A stretch of DNA of 62,161 nt, filler included, from Basidiobolus ranarum (taxonomy: Eukaryota), in the NCBI GenBank assembly GCA_040143965.1. It is 2 parts of 2 records of this genome, joined end to end, with 100 filler letters (N's around TTAATTAATTAA, not from the genome) between each part and the next. Parts side by side here need not be neighbours in the genome. Positions count along the whole stretch, not along the records: positions 1 to 31,068 come from JASJQH010000092.1; 1 more part is not named here. The stretch is one strand, 5' to 3'. Under the pieces are notes generated by a model. It searched no databases and was not told the origin of the DNA. It saw only the letters and a program-made list of their open reading frames with translations. Of this stretch, positions 1-11,518 are shown in pieces; the first letter of the stretch is position 1, and the number at the start of each line of letters is the position of its first letter. The translations under genes and the position numbers were made by a program.

Positions 1-1054
1 GGTGGCGCAAAGTCAAAGTCTCTTGCTTCAGAAGAGGAGTTTCAGTATGTGGAGAAGTTGGGAAGAGAAGAGTTGAAGGCCGGTGTTGGCAGATGTGTGC
101 TAATTGATTCTGGACGTCGCGATTCGCTGTACTGTACGCACGAAGAAGGTACTGCTGAAAACAAAATGGTTTACCGATATACAAGCAACCAAAAAGCAAA
201 TCAAACAAAATACAGAAAATTCAAGAAGCTAAGAGAGAACTTTTTCAAGACAGACCTGTCATCACAGCTGAGCGATCCCTATCACATTTGAAAACTGCTA
301 ACAAAGACAAGTTTGCCGAGTATCTTCAAGAAAAAGCCAAAGTCGCTCCAGTCATGAGAGCATATTACTCAAATGAAGATCACCCTGCAGGAGAAGACCG
401 GCATACCAGCAATTTGTTACCTTCTAGAAAAATGAAGCTCTCAAGTTACACTAACCAACTACAATCAGACAAACTGCTTGCCAAGAATCTTCGAGAAAAG
501 TTTGGGAATGATACAATATTAATACTTGGTGACTGGTCTGCTGGAAATGAAAAGTATCATGAACCCAATGGAGGCGTTGGAATGAGGAAAATGTTAGCCA
601 AAGAAGGCTTCCAGCTATACCTCCTTGACGAGTTTAAAACTTCAAGTCTGTGTCCTACTTGCCAGAATGTTAAACTGGAAAAGTTCAAAAAGTCCGAAAT
701 CCTAGACCATACAAAAGAGAAAAGTATCCTATTGTATATCGTCACGGCCTTTTAAGGTAAATGCTCTTTATATGCAAGTAAAAAATTCAAACCTAATTTA
801 TGTTCAGGTGCAAAAACCAGCAGTGTTTAAAGGTTGTGGCCAATACTACTGAAGATTCTTCTTTTCGTCTTTGGAATCGTGACCTGGCTGTTACTTTGAA
901 CTTTAGACATATCCTTTTTAACTTGCGCTCAAATGGGGAAAGATCAGAACGTTTTTGCACATCGAAGGAACCTCTCTCCACCGGGTATAAAAGAAAGGGC
1001 ATTTCGTCAGCTAGCAGCAGTCGACCAACTCAAAAAGCAAATAATCCTGTGTGA
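1..1054 (+). mobile_element. Fanzor1 (eukaryotic TnpB/IS200-IS605-derived RuvC nuclease), 3' part, degenerate (frameshifted); 5' part lies outside the window
   Basis: Ordered Fanzor motifs across three ORFs: RuvC-I 'VLIDSGRRDSLYC' (consensus IDPGRRDLLYC), 'LILGDWS', RuvC-II plus zinc ribbon 'LLDEFKTSSLCPTC', 'NPRPY...HGLLR|CKNQQC' (joined by GT-AG intron 757-807), RuvC-III 'WNRDLAVTLNF'. Frameshifts near 241-270 and in the A-run at ~687-691. Confidence 0.9.
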
Positions 1055-1534
1055 TTATCGCTACACTAAACATTTGATACAGAGTAAGTTTCTTTTGCCA
1101 TGTGTCTGAGCTTATCTCCAATTTATTTTATGAAAATGTATAACTAATATAGATGGCTTATCAACAATAAATTACCATCACAGCGATAGAATACTCGAAA
1201 TTGCAAATACGAAGTGGTTACGGTACAGAATACAATTTCACTATAAGCGATTGTAAGCGCTAGACTAATGACGTTTCCCTAGAAGGAAAAGCTAAGATAC
1301 AAACAATATTTACAACTAAGGTCAATGGGCCATATAATCGGGTGGGATGGATGCTAAAAAGGGCTAGGGGTAGGGCTATGAACCGATGTAAGAACTGATA
1401 AATAAGTACTATACACGTATTGACATATAACTCTATATATATCTCATTACATTTGTGGATGTCTTTTCAAAATCTTATTCATAGTTTGGGTTACATTAGA
1501 GGGTAACCGTAGCTATAACTATTTCATTTGTGAC

Positions 1535-2761
1535 TTACATGGAATTTAACCAAGGATGTTTCTTAATTGTCTCTACGTCCAAGCGCTTCTTCGGGTTACT
1601 CTGAAGTATAGACCTAAGCAAATCCTTGGCCTCTTGCGAGATGGGTCTATCTTGAGGTAAACGATAATCAGCATTCGCTATTCTGTAGAAAAAGCTACGC
1701 CTTGATTGGCTTCCATCCATTGAGAACGGCAAAAATCCGACCAGCATTGTGTATAGAATCACCCCCAGTGACCACACATCGGCTTTGAATCCATTCGAAG
1801 GTTGGCCAAGGATTACTTCGGGTGCTGTATACTCTTCTGAACCGCAACGTGTAGTTAAGATAGAGTTATCACTGACGAACTCAGCCAGTCCCAAGTCGGT
1901 AATCTTGACAGAAATATTCCCATCCGATGATTCTTGTATTAATACATTCTCCAGTTTAAGATCCCGATGACAAATCCGTTTAGAATGAAGATATTCGACA
2001 GCTAATATCGATACAAGTTAAATGAGATTCTGAAGAATTTGCTTTCAAGCAACTTACCTTCTACCAACTGTCTGAATATCTTTTTGATTTTACTCTCACA
2101 AAATTCATTAGGATTATTGACCACATAGTCAAATAAATCTCCATCTTGCACAAACTCCAACACCAATACAAAATGAGTCTCCGTTTCAAATGATTCCAAA
2201 AATGCTACCACATTTGGATGCTCAAGTGCCTAAATACAGTTAAACATTAGAAGACGATCTTACTAAATTGGAGGATAGCCGTGGATTCTTTACCTTTAAC
2301 GTTTGAATTTCTCGTGATATAAGGTTTTTAATCGATTGATCACAATTCAATTCGACCATTTTCAAGGCAACCAAACCACCATACTTCCTAGTATCCTCAG
2401 CGAGAAACACTTTGGAAAAAGAACCAGAGCCTAAGGGCCTTAACACATTGTAAGCACCAACAGTGAAGAGCACACTTACGGTTACCGGTGTACAGATTGG
2501 CGTTAATAAAGTATGTTCCATCCCTTTGGGCAATGACGTGAGGCAAGTTAAATGTGAAGTGGAAGGCAGGTTTTCTAGTGGTCCAGTAGTTTCAGGTGAT
2601 ACTGAAACAGCTGGAGTTATAGCTAAACCTAAAGCAGAAGGAAGCCTAGATACAGAACCTGAGGAGTTGTTGTTTCTTTTATCCCAGTGCGCTTTATTCA
2701 TTACAGGCCCTGGGATCTCCTCAACTAAGGTAGTATCACATTTCTTTTGAAGTTCAGTCAT
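1535..2761 (-). CDS. Ser/Thr protein kinase, CAMK group (Prr1/Nnk1-like); 3 exons, about 2761-2294, 2229-2058, 2001-1535
   Basis: GSGSFSKV, VALK, HRDLKLEN, DLG (in place of DFG), TRCGSEEYTAPE, DVWSLGVILY; GT-AG introns. Start codon uncertain. Confidence 0.88.
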
Positions 2762-4556
2762 ACTAGAGTAGAGCTCGGGGGGCAATACCTTTGAGCAGAG
2801 CTACAAAAGATACCACTTTCAGGTAAAGTACGTAGTTGGTGGAGGAGTAACGATAGAAAAATAGCACCTCAAGGGATAAAGGAACGTCGGTTGGACTAAG
2901 TAAACTACGAAACGTAGCTTTGACCAACCCAGGAAAAACCCCAGTTACAAGTTAGGAAGATGTAGGTGATAACTAAAGAATGCAGAAAAATACAAAGTGC
3001 ACACACCAAATAATAAACGAACAATCAAGTGAACGTCTTGAGGGAAAGAGCCTTTGTCAATATAAAGGATAATCAGCGAATGAATGCGAGTGAATGCCAA
3101 TCTAGCGCCCCTTTTCTACGATGATTTCCACCCCTCAAATCACATTTGAATCGAAAATAGGATGAATATGGAATCAGAATGTATCATTTCAGTCAAGCAA
3201 ATCACTCATCAGATGGTGGTTACTAGCGGTCACATTTCCATGTATCCACAGTGTATCCGAATATTACAGGGAAAGTGAGGATTTAAAAGGCACATATATT
3301 CAACAAACAGCAGGGCCCAATGTAACTAGCCAAACAACCCCGTTAATGCTCTCCATCCTGACAATGGTCTCATATTACGTGACTGGTTGTTGCAACGATG
3401 GATGATTGGGTTAGACAAAGGCTAATCCGCGCAAGCACGGGCATATCCAATTAGTATTAAAATAAGCAAGGTTTAGGAAGCAGAAACCGACCCAATTACA
3501 CAAGACTGTAATCTGTTTAATTCGTTTGATTGATGAGTGTGGGTGATGCTACGTGCTTTGGCGTATCATCGCTGCAGGTGCAGTTACAGGCGCAGGCGAT
3601 AATTAGATACACCTCTATTGATGTTCATCCCTTCACACTACTACTTCATGCCGCTAAAGATGTTTCTGACACAACAATGCTAGTTTCATCCATGCAACCC
3701 ACAGAATCTGCCATCCAATCCGAATCAGTACTACGGATACAGTTTGAAACTGGCTTTGGCCCGGATTTATCCGCCATGCTATTCACTTCCCATGAAGCCA
3801 ACATCACATGAAGCAGCTAAATCTGGCAGAGAGTTTTCCCTTTTTGTAATGATGTTTACCATCTCGAGATCTCAAGTTTGAGCCTGATATGGGCCTGATA
3901 CTACTCCGATTTGTTCACCTTTCTCATCACACTGTGTACAATCCCATATACGGCTAAATACCAGGAGAAACCGTATCTCAGTTAGGAGCCTTGCATAATT
4001 GTAGAGTGTGCTCGATGCTGTAGAGTAAAAATATTGCTTCTTACGAAATATCAACAACAAATTTGTAATTACTACCAAAGCGTGCAGGGCGTTCATAGGA
4101 ACAGCAATGCGGTAACATCACATCTCAGCTGTTATTTTCTAACACATGACAACCGTAGTGGGACGATTTTAATCCAGTGTCGAGAAATATTGAGTAGTGT
4201 GCTATTCAGTCGTTTAAGAGTAGTATTTATTTAATAATGAACTTCTTTTTTACATTTAAACATTCTAAAGCTCAGGTCTAGTTCTGGTTTGAGTTGGTGA
4301 TGGTGTTGAATTGAAATCGATGGTCTTCATCTTCGAAAACAGTACATTGCATTTTCAAGAGGATAACTATGTACTATCGCACTAACTACTGGCGGAGTAA
4401 GAAGACTATATGAGTATTGTGCTCAGGTCAACTCTTCGAGTTTAACATAATTCTATATCGAGTAGAGGCCTTGAAATAATCCATAGAACAGAGTAAGGAT
4501 ATACGTGTGAAGAAAATCGAAAGCAGAGTGAGGGAACGGTATCTTTTGTGACAATT

Positions 4557-5174
4557 TTAAAGAAGCGCCGAGGCGAGGCACTGATTGACTACTTCAAGGA
4601 GATGGGAATTCTCCAAAGCTGCTGCTACTCTTTCTTTATCATTTAGCTGCTTGTTAACTAAGAGGACAAAGTCAGTTAAATTGCACAATTATCGCTTGGA
4701 AAAAAAGTGGTTTTGGTAAAATTTACCTGCAACTTCGCTTTGATGTGTTCCCTCTCGGACTGCGATGTCAATCTTAAAACGCTCGGGTAGGGAACGAAGT
4801 AATCTCACTCTAATGCATAAACCAATCAAGGTTGCCATAGAGCAATGTGGAATAGTAGGTGTGAACTCTACTAGGACCGTGTTACCAACATCGTCGATAT
4901 GTACATGATCTGGTTGAACGACATTTAATTGCTCTAAAGTCAGCGGATGTTCAGGATCGTTGATATTTCTGATCAATTCTGAGGAGAAAATTGGGAATTA
5001 GAAAGAAGATTTGACGCAACGTGTGAAGTTAAGAATTAAATTACCAAATATTTCCTGTTGATCAAATGGATCAGCAACCAACTCGTCTTCTTCTTCAGAA
5101 CGATAGACTCGCTCTATTTGAACTTTTGGAGTATGAATCACTGGGTTAGCGTTGATGAGATTAGGTCCTGGCAT
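4557..5174 (-). CDS. CIA2: Cytosolic Fe-S assembly component CIA2/MIP18 (FAM96) family; 3 exons
   Basis: 'INANP', '[19 protein letters not shown]', '[22 protein letters not shown]', '[17 protein letters not shown]'. Confidence 0.95.
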
Positions 5175-5544
5175 GGCGTATATCAAAGGTGATGTTTGAC
5201 CAAGTTGAAAGAGTTCGAGAATTAAATGGAGAAGCTGCGCCTTTTCAGATAATTTTTTTACGAGTTAGAATCAAGTTAATTCGAGTAATAGATACCATAT
5301 AGATACCATAAAAGTAACTGATTACAAATGGTCAATTGATGTTATCCCCATAGTTTTGTAGATATTCTAGTAATAAAAGCATACTTAATGAATGGGTTTA
5401 ACTATCGTTTATTTTAAGTCGATCATTAATCTCTGGCCCTTATTAGGAGATCTTCACTTTCCTTTATTAGCCGTAAGTTGTTCAATCTGGTTGGTTAATA
5501 AACTTGACTATCAGCAATAAAGACAAATCTATATCTAGATGCAG

Positions 5545-6153
5545 CTACGAAGTAGTGTTGGAAATCTTTCGAAGCCCTGTCGCGGCGCGTTCGTAAATGG
5601 TGTGAAAGACATCATGCATAGCAGTTGGTTTATCTGTGAAGAAACTAGCCACCCATGTTACTTTAGTGCGTCTTGATCCTATGGAGGATAGTGTAATATC
5701 GGTCTGCTCATCAGCTATACTTCCTGGAAATGGACTAAGCTTTATAGCTGAAGGTGGATAGTTTAGGATGCGGTACGAAAGTTGATGTGTTTTTGGATTA
5801 ACCAGGACCAGTTTCTCGTAGACATGCTTGTCAGCAAAGCTTACATCGCGAATGCTACCTGCGGGGGTACCTTTCTCATACTGGAGTAAGCAAGTTCCGT
5901 TGATACTTTTTTCAGGTGAAGAAAATGGCTTTGAGACCAAGCAAGAACTTTCCATACTAGAGTCCAATAATCGAATCGCATCAAAATAAGTGAATCGAGG
6001 CCACAATTTCTCTATAGGCTCATTAAATACTGCGCTGTAAGTCAAAGAAATGCGTGAGATTCCTTTCGGTGCCTTCCGTTCTGTATCCAATCCAGACACA
6101 CCTATGGATAAGTGTGCCCAAGAAAGCAGAAAAAAGTAGAATTGGTGATGCAT
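5545..6153 (-). CDS. Secreted SRPBCC/START-fold (polyketide cyclase/MxaD-like) protein, paralog A
   Basis: Hydrophobic N-terminal signal; 'PIEKLW...F', 'GSIRDVSF...VYEKLV...LSYRI', C-terminal helix 'IYERAATGL' typical of SRPBCC; intronless; clearly similar to 7028-7666. Confidence 0.75.
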   Translation of the reverse strand: MHHQFYFFLLSWAHLSIGVSGLDTERKAPKGISRISLTYSAVFNEPIEKLWPRFTYFDAIRLLDSSMESSCLVSKPFSSPEKSINGTCLLQYEKGTPAGSIRDVSFADKHVYEKLVLVNPKTHQLSYRILNYPPSAIKLSPFPGSIADEQTDITLSSIGSRRTKVTWVASFFTDKPTAMHDVFHTIYERAATGLRKISNTTS

Positions 6154-6269
6154 ATTTAGGAATTATTCACCTTAACCTACGGCTTATATGATGAAATTCA
6201 TAGGGATCTTATGGCTTGACATTCATTACTGTTATTACGCAGGGATATGTTCACTATGGGGATTTCACT

Positions 6270-6700
6270 GCTGTGGACTTTAGATATTTTCAATTTCCAC
6301 AATGCCTTGTCCTGCATGAGAGTATACACTATGCGTCGTACATTTCTACAGGATTGCCGGTATGAAGATCAGCAAACCAGATTATTCTAGTGCTGTCGAA
6401 TATAATCCAACATTTGTGAATCGACAATCTAGGAGATGGAATACAGGATATATCACTTGTTGATAAGATATTCTATGAGTTCAAAACAACCAATCATTCG
6501 TAAACATGCTCATCCCAAATAGTGAGTATGTTTGATTAAGCATTCACTTGTAGCACTATTTTAACCCTCGTGTGGTTTGAGACTAAACAGGAGTAGAAGA
6601 TACTTTCCCATTCCGAGATGATATCGAGTTAAGAGAATAAGGTGCAAACGACGAGCATAGAATTTCGCGTTATGGCTTATTTAAACCGACTGGAATACTT
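6270..6700 (-). pseudogene. Decayed copy of the SRPBCC paralog B gene
   Basis: Collinear DNA similarity to ~7060-7580, e.g. 'ccttgtcctgcatgagagtatacactatgcgtcgtacatttctac' vs 'ccttgtcctgcacgtgtgtatatactgaggaatgcgtcgtacatttctac'; many indels and no ORF. Confidence 0.8.
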
Positions 6701-7027
6701 GACAAGAAGCCAATTCACTAAAGAGTTATCCTCTAGAAGCTTGAAGCGGAATTGTGCCCAGTACTATCCCCTTCACGAGTGTCTTTGAAGGATTGCCGGA
6801 AAAAGAAGAACGAGATCAATTAATTGTGACATTGTACTTTATTCTTCCACTCATTAATATTGATAACACAAGCTAATTGTGGCATTACGATGAAATATAT
6901 GGCTTAATGCTAATTACTGCTATTACGCAGGGATGCTATTGATTTACTATCAATGAGCTTAACTTACCATTTATATATTGAAGTTAATAAATGAATATGT
7001 TGTGATGTTGATTGAATATCGATGTGT

Positions 7028-7666
7028 TTACTGTAAAAACTCGACCGCGTTAATGTTATTGGCTTTCAACATTGTCACTGTCTCACTAATACCTTGTCCT
7101 GCACGTGTGTATATACTGAGGAATGCGTCGTACATTTCTACGGGTTTGTCGGTAAGGAGATCAGTAAACCAGACTGCTCTAGTACGGTCTAATCCTATTG
7201 AATATAATCTAACATCTGTGACCTTGTGGACCAACAACCCGGGAAATGGACTGAGTTGTAGCTTAGATGTAGGATATACTTCTTGTTGGTAAGATATTCG
7301 GTACTCTTGTGGATTTGAAACTATCAATCGTTCGTAAACTTGCTTATCCCTAACCGACAAATTTCGTATACTACCGATAGGAGTATTTCCTTCGTATTTG
7401 ATGGAGCATTCACCTGTGGCGCTCTTGTAAGGCTTGTCAAATGGCTTTGCAACTAGGCAGGAGCTAATGAGACTTTTCTCCCATTTCGAGATGGAATCGA
7501 ACCGAGAGAAGAAAGTCCATATAACGTCTATAGGTGCATCGAATTCTGCGCTATGGCTTACCTGAATTGGATGGAAAGAGGGTGAAGGACTCGATTTGGC
7601 CACTGCCACCCTAATAGTCGCCAGTATAATAGTAACCAGGATAGATAAACGTAAAGGCCACTTCAT
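7028..7666 (-). CDS. Secreted SRPBCC/START-fold protein, paralog B
   Basis: Signal peptide MKWPLRLSILVTIILATIRVAVA; 'EFDAPIDVIWTFFSRFDSISKW', 'GSIRNLSV...VYERL'; intronless. Confidence 0.78.
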   Translation of the reverse strand: MKWPLRLSILVTIILATIRVAVAKSSPSPSFHPIQVSHSAEFDAPIDVIWTFFSRFDSISKWEKSLISSCLVAKPFDKPYKSATGECSIKYEGNTPIGSIRNLSVRDKQVYERLIVSNPQEYRISYQQEVYPTSKLQLSPFPGLLVHKVTDVRLYSIGLDRTRAVWFTDLLTDKPVEMYDAFLSIYTRAGQGISETVTMLKANNINAVEFLQ

Positions 7667-7936
7667 TTTGCTTTCTCATCTTTGCACATGTGTTGAGTGT
7701 CTTATAAAGAGTTACCCTCTAGTAGCTAAAAGCAGAGTTATGCCTAGTAATTTCCCCCCTTCGTTGTACCATGAGTGTCTTTGATGGAGTCCAAGAAAAA
7801 GATTTATATACATGGGGATTCTCGCGTCGATCACTCCATCAGACATGCTTAACATAGATGATATGCATTATGCACGATATATTACCGCAAATAATATAGA
7901 TAAGAATCAGTAGCATTTATTTTTGCGAGTTAAAAT

Positions 7937-8764
7937 TTATGACAGAATTAACAAATTGTACAATAGGCCACCTGTAATACCACCTGCATATGGTGCTACT
8001 ACTGGGACCCAGAAATAATAATCATGAGCGGAAAACACTTCCCAGCCCCAACCATATAATGCAGTAAATAAACGAGGAGCAAAATCACGAGCAGGATTCA
8101 ATGCATATCCAGTCATCCAACCCAGACAGATTCCAATAGCAGTTAGATGCAATCCGATGGCTAAGGCAACGTATCCCTTACCCTGGTTATTGCGTTCGTC
8201 AGTAATAGCGAAGATCCCCAAAGTTAATGCAGCCGTTCCAACAAACTCGGCGAAAAACGCTGAGCCAATGGTATTAAACGGTTGTGGGAACGTCGCAAAA
8301 ATCCCTGCTGATGCTAACGAAAACTTATCACCTCCCATTACATTTAGTGCAGGATTGTATATAAAGTAAACCACCACAGCTGCCAAAAATGCTCCAGCGA
8401 ACTGAGCAATGATGTAACTCAATACACGGGTCCATGAAAACTTACGAAGGTAAGCCATAGTCACTGTGACTGCTGGATTAAGATGTCCACCAGAAACACC
8501 ACCCGAGACATAGATGCCGGCAGTTAGACCCAAGCCCCATCCTAGATTGTTACTCAGGTAGGCACTTTCACTGGCATATGTATTGAATGTGTTTTGCGCA
8601 TTTACACCCAACCCAAAGAGGACCAAGACGAATGTCCCGAGGAATTCAGCCAACGCTGGTTTATGCTCTGTCTTAAAACTTTCCCATTTGGTGAACACTC
8701 GGGAACCATGACCACCTAAGAGGGCGTCCTGTTCGGTAGGTTGTCCTGCTTCAACTTCAGACAT
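7937..8764 (-). CDS. Aquaglyceroporin (MIP family, GlpF/AQP3 type)
   Basis: 'SGGHLNPAVT' and 'GYALNPARD' (Asp after the second NPA marks glycerol channels); six TM segments; intronless. Confidence 0.95.
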   Translation of the reverse strand: MSEVEAGQPTEQDALLGGHGSRVFTKWESFKTEHKPALAEFLGTFVLVLFGLGVNAQNTFNTYASESAYLSNNLGWGLGLTAGIYVSGGVSGGHLNPAVTVTMAYLRKFSWTRVLSYIIAQFAGAFLAAVVVYFIYNPALNVMGGDKFSLASAGIFATFPQPFNTIGSAFFAEFVGTAALTLGIFAITDERNNQGKGYVALAIGLHLTAIGICLGWMTGYALNPARDFAPRLFTALYGWGWEVFSAHDYYFWVPVVAPYAGGITGGLLYNLLILS

Positions 8765-9394
8765 AGTTTCTAACTGTGAGGATATCTAGAGAATATGGTA
8801 GAGTGGAGGATTGATACCGACCTTTCCACCTACGCAACACCTTTATATACTTGTAAAGGCCAACTTGAGTATCATTAATACATACAAATCCTATATTGTA
8901 TTCTGCATTCAGTTTTATTAATCTATTTACAGTTCTAACCCCTAAATACGTATTGATTAGAGTAGTCAGTAATTTCGAGACGAGACCATCCCAACATTAC
9001 AAAAGAAACAAGTTCTCACCTGTTATCCCTGAAATAGAAATATAACACTAATGAGAAATATCAACTGAATCGGAACCAACCAAAAAGGTAAAGGATAGTG
9101 GTGGCAGATTGCCGAGTATTGGTCAAAGTAATCAGGGGAGTTTAGAAAAAGAACGGAAGCGGCCATTGATTCTTGCCAATGGTCATAGGGTACAAATATT
9201 AGGAGTAAATAAACAAGCTCGCCCTAAATTGATCTTCATAAACAGGTATTTGTTACCGGCACCTCTTTAATGCGAATAGTTAAACTATCGTTAATGAGAG
9301 TGGTGTTAGGAGTCACAGTCATTAATGAGAATAGTAAACGTACGGTGACAGAGTATCAGATTGATATGAATTTTATTAACTAAAGGGATAAACA

Positions 9395-10687
9395 TTAATC
9401 ATAATCATCACGTACATCCTCAATTCGACGTTCTAACTCTTTGGCTTCACTCACTAGATTTTGATATTGGTTTATGTTCAAATCGTTGTTGACGTAAAGC
9501 CTCATTTGTCTTTGAGACACGGCATAATGCGCCAATGCTTCATAGGTGTACTCTCGCTTGGTGATCAGGAAGTATAAGTAGCCGACAATACCCATTCCGA
9601 TACTAGTAAAGTACGCAACTGGCTCCATGACTAACATAGGAAGACTTTAGTATTGAATGGCTATAGAAATGGAGAGAGAGGAGTTTAAACATACCATCCC
9701 ATCCGTAATCCCACCAGGTTAAGCGCGCCTAAGAATTCAGATGAGTATAGATAAAAAAGATGGATGATTTCAAAGGTAGTATACCATTATGCCGACGTAT
9801 GTGACTAGACCAGTAAAACTTCCTGTAGCGAGTATCAATGAAGCAGTTTGTGCTTGCTTATCCAATTTCTTCTTCAACTTGGACATAGGTTCAATTCTGG
9901 ATAACAAATAATTATGATGTCTGACTAGACCAGCTGCTCTTTCTGGGATAGGAATTAGGAAACCATTTTAACCAAGTGAAATCAAGATAAGATGATTACC
10001 TTCAAAAGTTGGGATTTTGACAAAGATCTTTTCGTTATCTACTAAAACAATAAAACCTTTAGCTTCTCCGCGAGTAGCGGTTCGTATTAAGTCATCCACT
10101 TGGAATTTGCTCGTCCAGTCATCTCCAACCTTCAATCCATGCAACGCCTCATGGATGGAAACTTTCCCAATGTCGGGATATTCTTCCTTAATCTGCTGGC
10201 TTATAGTAGATATAGGTAGAGTAAAGCCTAGTAGCATAGAAGCAGGTTGGGGCGCTTTGGAATCGGGAACTGGAATAGGCAAAAAAAATCTAGGGTTTCC
10301 ACTATAAGTGTCAAAGTCGAGGTAACCTAATAAATGACAAGAGGAAATAAGTAATCAGAAGAGAAAGTACTCCGTCTATTTACTTCACATACCCATTGCC
10401 ACCTGACCACCTTCCGCATCAGTAATAAATTCCGTACTATCACGCTCTTCTGGCTTTAAGTTACTTGTCTGGGTGACAAATTTTTGACTTCCAGTATTGA
10501 ACCAAACTTTTGTAATTTTATTTACTTTATAAGCGGCCTTAAAAGCGGATTCCCGTCGAGAAAGAGCTCCAAATACTCCCCGAGTTTGAAAAGTAGGAAG
10601 TAGAGTAAGATGACGCGCTTGACGTAACCAACCACGAGTTAAATTAGAAGCATTTTTTGAAGTGAAATTTAGAAGCCCCGCTTGCAT
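9395..10687 (-). CDS. MCU: Mitochondrial calcium uniporter (multi-exon)
   Basis: Arg-rich presequence; spliced 'ARLTWWDYGWD|VMEPVAYF' (WDxMEP/DIME filter) between two TM helices; 'REYTYE' and a C-terminal coiled coil. Confidence 0.9.
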
Positions 10688-11518
10688 TTTATTCTCAAGC
10701 GTCTTTCTCTACAGATGAGGATTTGGAAGAGTGCTAACTGTTATGGTAGCTTTTATCCTTTGATTAAAAGGGAATTTTTGTTGATTAAGAAATGATCAAT
10801 ACTGCATATGACTGGTAAGCAATTTCAATCACTAGCTAGCTATAAAACACTCATGTCACACGACTTTGGAGTAACATTAAATTTATCTTTGAGGGTTAGG
10901 ATGAGGGCAGCATGAGGGCAGGTTGAAAATAAGGATTAGAACGAGACGAGTAAAGATAAATCACACTTTGATCACCAATAAGCTTAAATGCACCATTCAG
11001 TGTAGAGCTCAAATTAGTATTTCAGTTGATCACATCAGGGATACCGAGATTATAAGAAATCAAAACGAGATGCTGAGATTGAAAGAAATCCATCGAAAAT
11101 ACTATTGCTCTATCGACATTTGCATAAGCGTTAACTCGCATTGCAACAATTAGTGACTTAACTTTGTGACTTCATTCAGGGAAGAAAAATCTAGGAGAAC
11201 CAGTGAATTCCATGACTTCCATGATTTCCAAGACTTAGATGAATTGTTCATTGGATATTGCCAGACGAACCAGATTCGCCCATTGAAGTTTATTGGATAT
11301 AATCTCGCATATAGATGTAAGCCTCAAGGCGGATGTCCGATAATATAGCAATTAAATAGGATGTTTAAATTAATTCACACAATCTCCTTTAATGGCTGGT
11401 AACAGATTTTGTGTAATGTAAAAAAGAAATTTTTTTCCCCTAATACATAACGGAGCTTCTTGTGTCCTAGGCTACCTCTACTTTCTGCTTTGACCTAGCT
11501 CTTGGACTTTCTATCAAC

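Noticed and set aside
3530-4234. Short ORFs between the kinase and CIA2
   Set aside because: No motifs and non-ATG starts; consistent with intergenic sequence.
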